Source of the DNA: a virus
Taxonomy: Duplodnaviria; Caudoviricetes
Length of the DNA stretch: 54,409 nt
Virus record (IMG/VR): IMGVR_UViG_3300033475_000030
Location: 1 to 54,409 of that record
Direction: 5' to 3' (one strand)
The translations under genes were made by a program, and so were the position numbers. The notes beneath the pieces were generated by a model. The model did no database searches and was not told the origin of the DNA. It saw only the letters and a list, made by a program, of their open reading frames with translations. This document shows, piece by piece, positions 1 through 7,567 of this stretch (position 1 is the stretch's first letter; each line of letters opens with the position of its first letter).

Positions 1-364
1 TGACGATATTGCCGCCGCTGACGTTAGCTATGGCGCAACTAAAGCCATTGCCGATGCCGCTGTAGGGAGCTGTGATAGTTATGTTCGGGACGGAGGCGAC
101 CAGTAGCTTTCCGCTGTGCGTAGCGGCAACGAGAACAGTGTCTGTCGTGATTTCTACGATCTCGAAATTAGGAGGGACTACCAACGGCGTGACGATCGTC
201 GCAAGCTGGTCTGCCGTCGCCGAGTAGCCGGCAGCCGGCGTCGTTGTCCCGTCTGTGTTCAGGCCGCCCGGTAGGATGGCAACGAACTTGACCGCGCCGC
301 TCGAAAGCTGGCTGTCCGTTGCCAGTGGAAAGTCGGCCGCTTCCTGATTGTTCGTTCCACTCAT
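1..364 (-). CDS. Virion/tail-fibre-associated protein, truncated by the window edge (not in ORF track)
   Basis: ATG at 364 overlaps the upstream stop (ATGA); open frame MSGTNNQEAADFPLATDSQL...ANVSGGNIV, T/G/A/V-rich, runs off the edge. Confidence 0.7.
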   Translation of the reverse strand, partial: MSGTNNQEAADFPLATDSQLSSGAVKFVAILPGGLNTDGTTTPAAGYSATADQLATIVTPLVVPPNFEIVEITTDTVLVAATHSGKLLVASVPNITITAPYSGIGNGFSCAIANVSGGNIV

Positions 365-840
365 GATGATTGTCCTGGCGCGATGGTGAGACCGCCGAAT
401 GTCAGAGCTGCGCCGTTCATGGTCGCCATGTTGGCAGGCGGAGACGTAACCGCGACCACCTTGTCCATCGACAGAACAATGTCGCCGGACCACGATGCGC
501 CCGTCGTTCGCCCGATAAGTCGCACGGTCACTGTGTAATCGACGGCCGACGTGCCGCCCGACAGAAGGAAGCCGGCCTGAAGACCGTCGGCGCTGATGGC
601 AGTGGCGACGCACATAAGGGTGCCGTCGTTCGGGGTGATGGTCTTCGCGGGCGGTGCGAGAAGTGTATCGCCATTGTCCTGACACCACCCCGTCGCATCC
701 ACCCACCACCAGTCGACGTCGAGCGGGTGCTTGGGGGTCCAGCGATACGGGACGGTGGGCGTCTGCCCGCGCGTCGCCAGCATCTGCGCGCCGCTGTAGA
801 TCCGCACGGTGCGGACGGCGGAGGGAACGGGGATTGTCAT
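361..840 (-). CDS. Phage fibre-tail adaptor-like protein
   Basis: KHPLDVDWWWVDATGW N-terminal motif, beta-rich, downstream of the tail fibre. Confidence 0.55.
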   Translation of the reverse strand: MTIPVPSAVRTVRIYSGAQMLATRGQTPTVPYRWTPKHPLDVDWWWVDATGWCQDNGDTLLAPPAKTITPNDGTLMCVATAISADGLQAGFLLSGGTSAVDYTVTVRLIGRTTGASWSGDIVLSMDKVVAVTSPPANMATMNGAALTFGGLTIAPGQSS

Positions 841-891
841 GGTGTCTCCGCGAGGCGGCGATTGTGGGAGGCTCAGCCGCCCTGGCAGCAG

Positions 892-1083
892 TTAGACTGT
901 GGTGGTCTGGCCGATCTGCAGGGTGCCGCTCGGGTCAGCGCGCGCTTCTGTCCCGCCCGGGGGCGACCAGGTGGCAGTGTCCCCGTCCCAGAGGACGATG
1001 TTGACCACCTCGCCGATAGTGGCCGAGGCGCCGTAATACTCTCCAGTCGCGGTCGCGATGATGGCGTAAGGCTGAACTGTCAT
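892..1083 (-). CDS. Small tail-fibre assembly/chaperone-like protein
   Basis: YAII...GEVVNIVLWDG..WSPP; directly after the fibre gene. Confidence 0.5.
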   Translation of the reverse strand: MTVQPYAIIATATGEYYGASATIGEVVNIVLWDGDTATWSPPGGTEARADPSGTLQIGQTTTV

Positions 1084-1089
1084 TGTGAA

Positions 1090-1932
1090 TTACCCCCAAC
1101 CCAGGTCAACGAAGCCGGCGCCACCGACTCCACCATTGCCACCCGCGATGCCGCCGCCACCACCGCCGCCATATCCATTGCCAACGGCCCCAGCGAGATT
1201 GGCACCTGAGATGAAAATGGCGCCGTATCCACCACCTCCTGCGGCGCCTCCGACGCCGCCGGCATAGACAGACGTGCCGGTGGTAAATGGAAGCTGGCCG
1301 CTGAGGCCGGGGCGAACTGAGAAATCCACACCGCTGGCTACCGAGTAAGTCCCAGCCGCTCCCGCAGTTGTTGCCAGTGCTGTGTTGCCACCAACCCCCC
1401 CGCCGCCGGCCGTAATGGTGACCATGGGAGATCCGTTGAGCGAGACGACGGTTGTTCCGCCAACGCCACCATTAGCTGTACCGCCGGCCCCGACCGTCAA
1501 GGCTAGTGTATCGGCGGGTGTTACAGCGAAGCCGAACTTGACCTTGGGGCTGCCCCCGCCGCCTGAACCTACGCCGCCAGAACCAGTGCTGCCGCCGCCA
1601 CCGGAGCCCCCAGAGCACGCTTCACCCCAGACCCAATAGACTCCGGCCGGGACGGTGAGGCTTGTGGAGGACGTGTATTGGGTTAGGGAATGCTGGATGA
1701 GCTTTGGAATGGCGACTGTAAGTTGAGTCTTGTCGGTCTTGCTCAGCGTTGCGCCAGTCGCCTCGATGGGGTTGGCTAGCGTCTCCTGGACGGCATTCAT
1801 CCAGTCCGCATCAACAATCGTCGCCGGGACCACGCCAGGCGACCCGCTCGTAAAGAATCCGTTGGGGTTGGGGCCAACCACCCCCGGCGTCGGCAGCGAG
1901 GTTGCCGCCGTCGAATTATCAATGCGATACAT
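1090..1932 (-). CDS. Short tail fibre/adhesin with glycine-rich C-terminal domain
   Basis: SfV/Mu-type N-terminus MYRID...GFFT.G.P..VPAT..DADWMNAVQE; many GGGGG runs in the C-terminal half. Confidence 0.8.
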   Translation of the reverse strand: MYRIDNSTAATSLPTPGVVGPNPNGFFTSGSPGVVPATIVDADWMNAVQETLANPIEATGATLSKTDKTQLTVAIPKLIQHSLTQYTSSTSLTVPAGVYWVWGEACSGGSGGGGSTGSGGVGSGGGGSPKVKFGFAVTPADTLALTVGAGGTANGGVGGTTVVSLNGSPMVTITAGGGGVGGNTALATTAGAAGTYSVASGVDFSVRPGLSGQLPFTTGTSVYAGGVGGAAGGGGYGAIFISGANLAGAVGNGYGGGGGGGIAGGNGGVGGAGFVDLGWG

Positions 1933-2060
1933 GGGTCAATCCAATCGGGAATAAAGCCCGGCGCCCTGCGGCACGCTGGCAATGATGATTTGTGGGTAGA
2001 GAGCGAATCAGCTACTGCTGCGGCGGGCCATTGCGGCCCGAGAAATACGCCAGTGAAAGA

Positions 2061-3143
2061 ATGTCGATGGAGCATACAAAGCACGGCAAAGGAAGCGGGG
2101 CGCTTTCCTATATTCCGAGGCTAAACACTTTCAGGGCATTCGCTGCATTTTCAGTCGTCTTTATTCACTATTTCTCAAATATTGTTCCAGAATATTTGAA
2201 AATAACCCCAGATGGAGTTCAGTTCTTCTTCACTCTATCCGGATTTCTTATAACCAGCACCCTGCTATCAGATAGTTGTGGCCGCTCCGTATCTTCGTCG
2301 ATATTTCGGTTCTATACGCGCCGTGTTTTTCGCATATTCCCAGCCTATTATGGCACGCTGTTGATTTGCATGATTCTCGGCCTCTATGGCGCTAGGCAAT
2401 GCTGGCCGTGGGCTGCCACATATACCGTGGACATATTCATCAGCTACGGCTTCGGAGATGCGGGGTACCTCGGTCACTTCTGGACGCTGGCGGTCGAGGA
2501 GCAATTCTACATCCTCCTGCCGATTAGCATTCTCCTGCTTCCGCGCCGTTGGTTCGTCACGCTAGCGCTGATGTCCATTGGCGGAGCCCTAATCTATCGA
2601 GGGGTGGAGTTTCCCAGGAATCCGATGTTTGGGTTCAATCCAGCCGCCAATCTTGACAAACTATCTGTCGGCGTTCTTACGGCTATCGCCGTTGAATCTC
2701 GGGGGACGGATTGGGTGGAGCGGCACCTAAGAAGGCTGCTCCCAATAACCATTCCTAGCTTCGTACTTTGCTCCTGCGGCCTACTGCTGGGAGATTATCT
2801 GAGGCGGTTCGCGTTTAGTGTCCCCACTGTTCTCACATCTCTGTTTTTTGCGTGGCTCATTGCAAAGGCAGTTAAGGACGGACCCCAAGGAAGTAGTTGG
2901 GGAGGATCCATTTTGCCCAGAATTGGAGCCATAAGCTACGGAATTTACCTATTTCACCTTCCGGTTGAGGCGGCCATCAATTATCTGGAGCAAGGAACTC
3001 CATCGGTTTTACTTAGAGTGTCTGGAATGGTTGTGACGGTTGCCTTGGCATGGATATCATACACGTTTTATGAGATGCCCCTCATAGAGCTTGGCAAATC
3101 CTTCTTGTCGCTTAGATTCCGAGCCGCTCCCGCAAGTCGTTAG
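2061..3143 (+). CDS. Acyltransferase family 3 (OafA/Oac-like membrane O-acetyltransferase) moron
   Basis: Motifs LNTFRAFAA, FFTLSGFLI, FY.RR.FRI.PAY, HFWTLAVEEQFY, G.ISYGIYLFH, SY.FYE.P; multi-TM; lower GC; opposite strand; likely start ATG 2061 or 2067. Confidence 0.9.
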   Translation: MSMEHTKHGKGSGALSYIPRLNTFRAFAAFSVVFIHYFSNIVPEYLKITPDGVQFFFTLSGFLITSTLLSDSCGRSVSSSIFRFYTRRVFRIFPAYYGTLLICMILGLYGARQCWPWAATYTVDIFISYGFGDAGYLGHFWTLAVEEQFYILLPISILLLPRRWFVTLALMSIGGALIYRGVEFPRNPMFGFNPAANLDKLSVGVLTAIAVESRGTDWVERHLRRLLPITIPSFVLCSCGLLLGDYLRRFAFSVPTVLTSLFFAWLIAKAVKDGPQGSSWGGSILPRIGAISYGIYLFHLPVEAAINYLEQGTPSVLLRVSGMVVTVALAWISYTFYEMPLIELGKSFLSLRFRAAPASR

Positions 3144-3739
3144 CCAAAACTGAACAGCACCTTGGTGTGCGCCGGTCCAAGCCGCTGCAGCTCACATTCT
3201 AGAACAGTATTCCCGATAACGGTAACAAGAGCGTCGCCCACTGTGCTTTCGCCAACAGTGAAGTATTCGACGGCGACCGGCGGCGCGTTGACCTGCCAGG
3301 CGAAGGCCCACGCCTCGCCATAGAGTGGAGTTCCCACCCGGCTCGCGCCGACACGAAATGGCGAGAATTGCTCGATCGTTATGTCGTAGCCGAGTGTCTT
3401 CGCGAAATTCACGAAGTAGGCGATGCTCTGTCCGCCGCCAGCAGTGAAGCGAGCGGTCACCTGCGCCTGGCGCAGCGCGATCGTCGGTGATTCCCCCGCA
3501 CAGGGGTCGGGCAAGCCGAGGGACGCCTCCCATTCCGGCAGAAGTTCGTCTGCGGTCGATGGAAAGGCGTCCGTTAAGAGATAGGCGCCGCGCGCGGTGA
3601 GCCGCTGAAACGTCGGCATAAGAGCACGAAGCGACTGCGCCTGAACCGCGCTTGGATCACGCGGCCACGCCCTGCCGCGCGGAAGAAGCTGCTGCATAGC
3701 CGCAAGCAGGTCATCCGCCGTCCATGCGGGAACCGTCAT
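3140..3739 (-). CDS. Baseplate protein YmfQ/DUF2313 (Mu gp48-like)
   Basis: LLPRGRAW, ELLPEWE..LGLPD.C, GGQSIAYF, LEC.L.R..PAHT. Confidence 0.9.
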   Translation of the reverse strand: MTVPAWTADDLLAAMQQLLPRGRAWPRDPSAVQAQSLRALMPTFQRLTARGAYLLTDAFPSTADELLPEWEASLGLPDPCAGESPTIALRQAQVTARFTAGGGQSIAYFVNFAKTLGYDITIEQFSPFRVGASRVGTPLYGEAWAFAWQVNAPPVAVEYFTVGESTVGDALVTVIGNTVLECELQRLGPAHTKVLFSFG

Positions 3740-3742
3740 GGC

Positions 3743-4933
3743 TTAGGACGAGAAGGTAGGGGGGAGCGAAAGCGTCGGGAGATACCCAGCCCCCGGCGTG
3801 ATCGGTGAGGTAGGCGAAGTGACGGTAAATCGACCGATGCCTGTTACCGAGCTGATCGCAGCATACCAGTCGGAGGGGTCAATGGCAGGCCACGCCTCAC
3901 CTGTCGTTGGATCCGTTGTGCCGCCGACATTGCCGAGGCGCAGGAACATGTCCTGAAGTGCCGCGGTGATCAGCGCCTGATTTGCCGCAGTATTGAATGA
4001 GCCAAGATTGCCGATCGAGAAACTGATCGGATCGTTGAGCGGAGCGACGCTATAGGCAAGCGCGGTGACCGGCTGTTTGACCACGAGGGCGTCAGCGACG
4101 GTTAGAAGATCTCCGCTGGCGACCGTATCGCGCGGCGACCCACCAGGGCCGGCGTCATACTGGGAGACACCGTTCGTGCCCTGCGGGAAGCCGTTATAGG
4201 CCGATTCCGAGTCGTCAAACATCGTGTAGATGACGACGGTGCCGGCGCCGTTTCCATTTGGTGCCACCCATGCGCGCGTCACGCCGGCAACGGCCAGAGC
4301 CCACTGCACATAGTCTGCCCGGTCACCACCCTGCGGAGGGGCGGCATAGGCAAGCAGCATGCGGGTCCGCAGCGCGTCGTCCGTCTCTTGATCAGTTCCG
4401 GAAGTGACCGGCGTCGCCGTTCCCGTGGACGGGATCCCGCTGACCGGGCTTGCGATCGTCAACTGAGTTCCGGCGGTCAGGGTTCCGGCCGAACCCGCGG
4501 TCACTGCTGTGATCGGAGCCGAAAGGGCGCCCCCGGAGACAGTTACGGTCGCCGTGGTCACATAGGCAAAACCGTCACTGCGCGTGATTGTCGTGCCAGA
4601 GGCAAGCGGGCTTCCATTCGTGGCGCCAGAGGCGATGTTGAAGGTCGCGGTGGCTGGAGCTGCATCCTTGCGCAGAATCGCCTTGAGCGCCGCCCATGCC
4701 TCAAGAAACTCATCGGTTGCCGTGTAGGGCACTGATTGGATCGAGATCCAATCGAGGTAGGCATAGAGCAGATAGACGAGCCCAGCTTCCGACGTAGCGA
4801 CATCAAGCAGGTTCGCTTGCGCCAGGAGGCCCTGGAGTATGTTGCCGGTCGTCTGATCAGTGATCTGCCCGGCAATAATGTCCTGCTGCGCCTGGGCGAT
4901 CAGGTCCGTAAGTGTTGGGCGGGAAAATGGCAT
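3743..4933 (-). CDS. Baseplate wedge J-like protein (Mu gp47)
   Basis: PFSRPTL, G.D.ETDD.LR.R, PPQGG..ADY..WAL.V.GVTRAWV. Confidence 0.92.
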   Translation of the reverse strand: MPFSRPTLTDLIAQAQQDIIAGQITDQTTGNILQGLLAQANLLDVATSEAGLVYLLYAYLDWISIQSVPYTATDEFLEAWAALKAILRKDAAPATATFNIASGATNGSPLASGTTITRSDGFAYVTTATVTVSGGALSAPITAVTAGSAGTLTAGTQLTIASPVSGIPSTGTATPVTSGTDQETDDALRTRMLLAYAAPPQGGDRADYVQWALAVAGVTRAWVAPNGNGAGTVVIYTMFDDSESAYNGFPQGTNGVSQYDAGPGGSPRDTVASGDLLTVADALVVKQPVTALAYSVAPLNDPISFSIGNLGSFNTAANQALITAALQDMFLRLGNVGGTTDPTTGEAWPAIDPSDWYAAISSVTGIGRFTVTSPTSPITPGAGYLPTLSLPPTFSS

Positions 4934-4936
4934 CGG

Positions 4937-5389
4937 TTAATTCCCGTTCCACACATAGCTATAGGCAAATTGTTGCGGCGTAGCGCCGCCTGGCTCAGTC
5001 AGAGTGATGACCAGGGCGATGTTCGTCAGATTTGCCCAGGAGGCATTCGCCGTGACTGTCGCGACCACGCCAGAATCGATCAGCCATTGGAGAGCATCCG
5101 TCGCATAGCGCTCGGCCGTGCGAAGAAGCGCAGTGCCGTTCGTTTTCTTTGAACGCTCAAGCGTCCAGAGTAGGGACCCGATCTGGTAGCCGTTGTAGGT
5201 ATCACCCCACCAGCCGCGCGGGTCTCCGCTGCCATCCGATGGGGCGGTGTCGTTCGGCAGGCGGCGATCCGTGAACAGGCTGCGGATAACAGCCGTTTCG
5301 AGCGTCGATCCGGATACGAGGTCGCCATTGCCGACAAGCCAGTCCGCATGTCCCGCGGCCTGATTCCATCTGAGCGTGAAGTCGGCCAT
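4937..5389 (-). CDS. Baseplate protein Mu gp46-like
   Basis: LETAVI.SLFTDRR, RGWWGD, IGS.LW.L.R.K, YA.DALQWLID.GV. Confidence 0.92.
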   Translation of the reverse strand: MADFTLRWNQAAGHADWLVGNGDLVSGSTLETAVIRSLFTDRRLPNDTAPSDGSGDPRGWWGDTYNGYQIGSLLWTLERSKKTNGTALLRTAERYATDALQWLIDSGVVATVTANASWANLTNIALVITLTEPGGATPQQFAYSYVWNGN

Positions 5390-5391
5390 TT

Positions 5392-5889
5392 TTATCCTGC
5401 TGGTGGACCAGTGTCGTCGGGGCCAGAAGTGACCCCGATATGAACGTGCGTGCTGCCGATGTTTTTGCCGTTATGGGTCAGCGCGGGGCTCATGATCGCG
5501 ATCCCGCCTGGGCTGGAAACCATGCTGCAGCCATTCGCGTCCGCGATTGCAAAGCCCGTGCGGGTCAGGTGGAATTTCTGGCCGAGATCGTCATGCAGTG
5601 CGACCTCGCCCTCAGCGAGGGTGATGCGGTAGCGCTGATCATTCGAGGCGATGACGAGGCTCTTCGTCGGGTCGCCACTCAGGGTCATAGCCGTGTAATC
5701 GCAGCCGGCGTGCGGTCGGCTAGCAAAGCCATAGTGCTGCATCACCGGCACGCCATCGCGAATTTCGCCAGTCGTGACAAAGACGATCTGCACGGTCCGG
5801 ATCGGGCCGCCATCGGTGACGGCAGTCGTGCCGCGGCCGAGGCCCATCATGATAATGGCTCGGTCCCATAAGCGCTTTGCGACGCTCAT
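5392..5889 (-). CDS. Baseplate spike (Mu gp45-like)
   Basis: QHYGFAS.P, D.RYR..L.EGEVALHDD.G, C-terminal H-x-H (STHVH) apex motif. Confidence 0.9.
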   Translation of the reverse strand: MSVAKRLWDRAIIMMGLGRGTTAVTDGGPIRTVQIVFVTTGEIRDGVPVMQHYGFASRPHAGCDYTAMTLSGDPTKSLVIASNDQRYRITLAEGEVALHDDLGQKFHLTRTGFAIADANGCSMVSSPGGIAIMSPALTHNGKNIGSTHVHIGVTSGPDDTGPPAG

Positions 5890-6710
5890 TAACTGCTCAG
5901 CGCAACCAGCGAGGTCGGCATCCAGAGAGGGCAGATCGGATCGGCGCGCTGCATCAAGTCATCGCAACGCGTGGCGTCGCCGTAGAGACGATAGGCAAGG
6001 GTTAAAGCAGGGATCGGTATTTTCGTCGTCACCATGACTAGTTTCGGGAGATCGGCGCCGCGGGCGGTCAGGTCCGTGATGACTGCAGTCCGAAGCGAAC
6101 GAAGGGACGCGTAGGCGTCATTGTCGCCGGCATCCGCCGCCACAATCATCTCCGCGTCGATCAGGTCCGCGACCTGCGTCCGCAAGCTCATCGCGTCGTC
6201 ATATGAGGTCGGCGTATAGGCGGAGCATGCGCGGGCAAGAGAAACCAGGGCCGCCCGGCGACAAACCGCCGCCGTTTCGGTCTCCACCGCAGCGATCGTC
6301 TGTCCTATCGTGGCGCTCGAAACCGGAGGCGTCGGGTAATAGTCGGATAGCGCGGTCATTAGCCTAATCTGATCCGCCGGATTTGGTGCCGCGGCACGAA
6401 GGGCTTCAGCGAGATCTACGATGGCTATCACAAGCGCCGTAGCCGTCGTCATGGATAGATCGGAAGCCGCCACCTCAGCCTCCGCGACTGTTGCGGCAAC
6501 CAGCGTCCGCGCCGTCGTTATCCCCGCCAGAATGCTTGCCGTCGTAGCTGTGGGCTGGACGGTTACGCCCGGGATGGTGACATAGCGCCCGTAGTTGCCC
6601 TGCAGGACGCTCATCGCGCCGGAGGAGATAGAGGCATCCTCGGAAAGCTGTGTCGCAAGAGCACCAAAGCCCTGGACAGCGAGGAGCGCGCCTTGCGCTA
6701 TGGCTGCCAT
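5889..6710 (-). CDS. C-terminal part of Mu N-like DNA circularisation/tail-tip protein
   Basis: Y..L..LR.AV..DL, P.LTLAYRLYGDA.R.DDL, P..PL.MP motifs. Confidence 0.75.
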   Translation of the reverse strand: MAAIAQGALLAVQGFGALATQLSEDASISSGAMSVLQGNYGRYVTIPGVTVQPTATTASILAGITTARTLVAATVAEAEVAASDLSMTTATALVIAIVDLAEALRAAAPNPADQIRLMTALSDYYPTPPVSSATIGQTIAAVETETAAVCRRAALVSLARACSAYTPTSYDDAMSLRTQVADLIDAEMIVAADAGDNDAYASLRSLRTAVITDLTARGADLPKLVMVTTKIPIPALTLAYRLYGDATRCDDLMQRADPICPLWMPTSLVALSS

Positions 6711-7201
6711 CAGAGAGCCCCGAGCGGATTGGCAATGACCCTGGAGAAGTCACTGGAGATGCTGGTCAGAGCGCTGTCAGCGGCAGAGCTGACCTGGCTA
6801 ATCGTGTTCTGGATCACACTCGGGAAAAGCTGAAGTGGAGCGCCCTCGGCGAACGTGAAGTCAATCATCACTGCGTTGCCGTGCTGGTAGGACTGGCGAA
6901 AGACCGGCTGCCCGATGAGGCTGACGCTCAGAAGTCCGAGCGTGGGATGCGTGAGCGGGCCTGCGCCCGATATCTCACACGCAATCATCATCAGATCCTG
7001 CTGCAGGTAGCAGGACTCGCCCACCAGGAAGCCCCGGAAGGTATAGTAACTCGTCGCCTTTCCGAGGTCTTCGATCCACGGCGTGTCGCGGAAGGGGTAT
7101 TCGTGCAGCGCCGTGCGCCGTCCGACGCGTGCCTCGTTGTCGAAGACGTGGAACGGTACGCCGCGCCACGACGCCGGGAGGAGATAGTCCATCCAGCTCA
7201 T
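6710..7201 (-). CDS. DNA circularisation protein N-terminal domain (Mu N-like)
   Basis: W...L.PASWRGVPF, GRR..LHEYPFRD.P..EDLG, L.HPTLG. Confidence 0.9.
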   Translation of the reverse strand: MSWMDYLLPASWRGVPFHVFDNEARVGRRTALHEYPFRDTPWIEDLGKATSYYTFRGFLVGESCYLQQDLMMIACEISGAGPLTHPTLGLLSVSLIGQPVFRQSYQHGNAVMIDFTFAEGAPLQLFPSVIQNTISQVSSAADSALTSISSDFSRVIANPLGAL

Positions 7202-7224
7202 AGTGGCGCCTCTATTCTGTCTGC

Positions 7225-7253
7225 TGGATATGCAATGGAAAGGTCGGTATCGT
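7225..7253 (+). promoter_or_regulatory. Putative sigma70 promoter for the antisense moron
   Basis: TGGATA-N17-TATCGT, 30 bp upstream of ATG 7283. Confidence 0.35.
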
Positions 7254-7282
7254 TCCCGCCCGCAATTACAGGGATAGAAACA

Positions 7283-7567
7283 ATGCCTTCTTTGGTCGGC
7301 TGCATAGGCTGGCTTTTCTTAATCGTCGCGCCAGTCACCCTATTTGACCGCGTATTGAGCTTTTCGATTCTGAATTGGATCTACGGCATCCTCGCCGCTA
7401 TCGGCTCAGTAATGGTTGGCTTTGTGCTGCTTGCCGTCTCAAATTCAGGGCCGACCACTCAAGAAGTGACCTATTACGCTTATTGGTGCATCGCAGCAGG
7501 AGTGCTCATCATTGCGGCGCGCCTCTTGTCACTCTTCGGTCCTCGGCGCGCGACGGAGGAGGGCTAG
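7283..7567 (+). CDS. Small ~3-TM membrane protein moron (94 aa)
   Basis: Real part of ORF 6650-7567; three hydrophobic segments; fills the gap between TMP and circularisation genes; lower GC. Confidence 0.7.
   Translation: MPSLVGCIGWLFLIVAPVTLFDRVLSFSILNWIYGILAAIGSVMVGFVLLAVSNSGPTTQEVTYYAYWCIAAGVLIIAARLLSLFGPRRATEEG

Noticed and set aside
1090-1620. GCC/CCG repeats as a possible hypervariable or DGR target in the fibre gene
   Set aside because: These are polyglycine codons; no reverse transcriptase or template repeat is visible
6650-7282. 305-aa version of the plus-strand moron ORF
   Set aside because: Its first ~200 codons overlap the circularisation gene; only the part from 7283 (or 7235) is plausible
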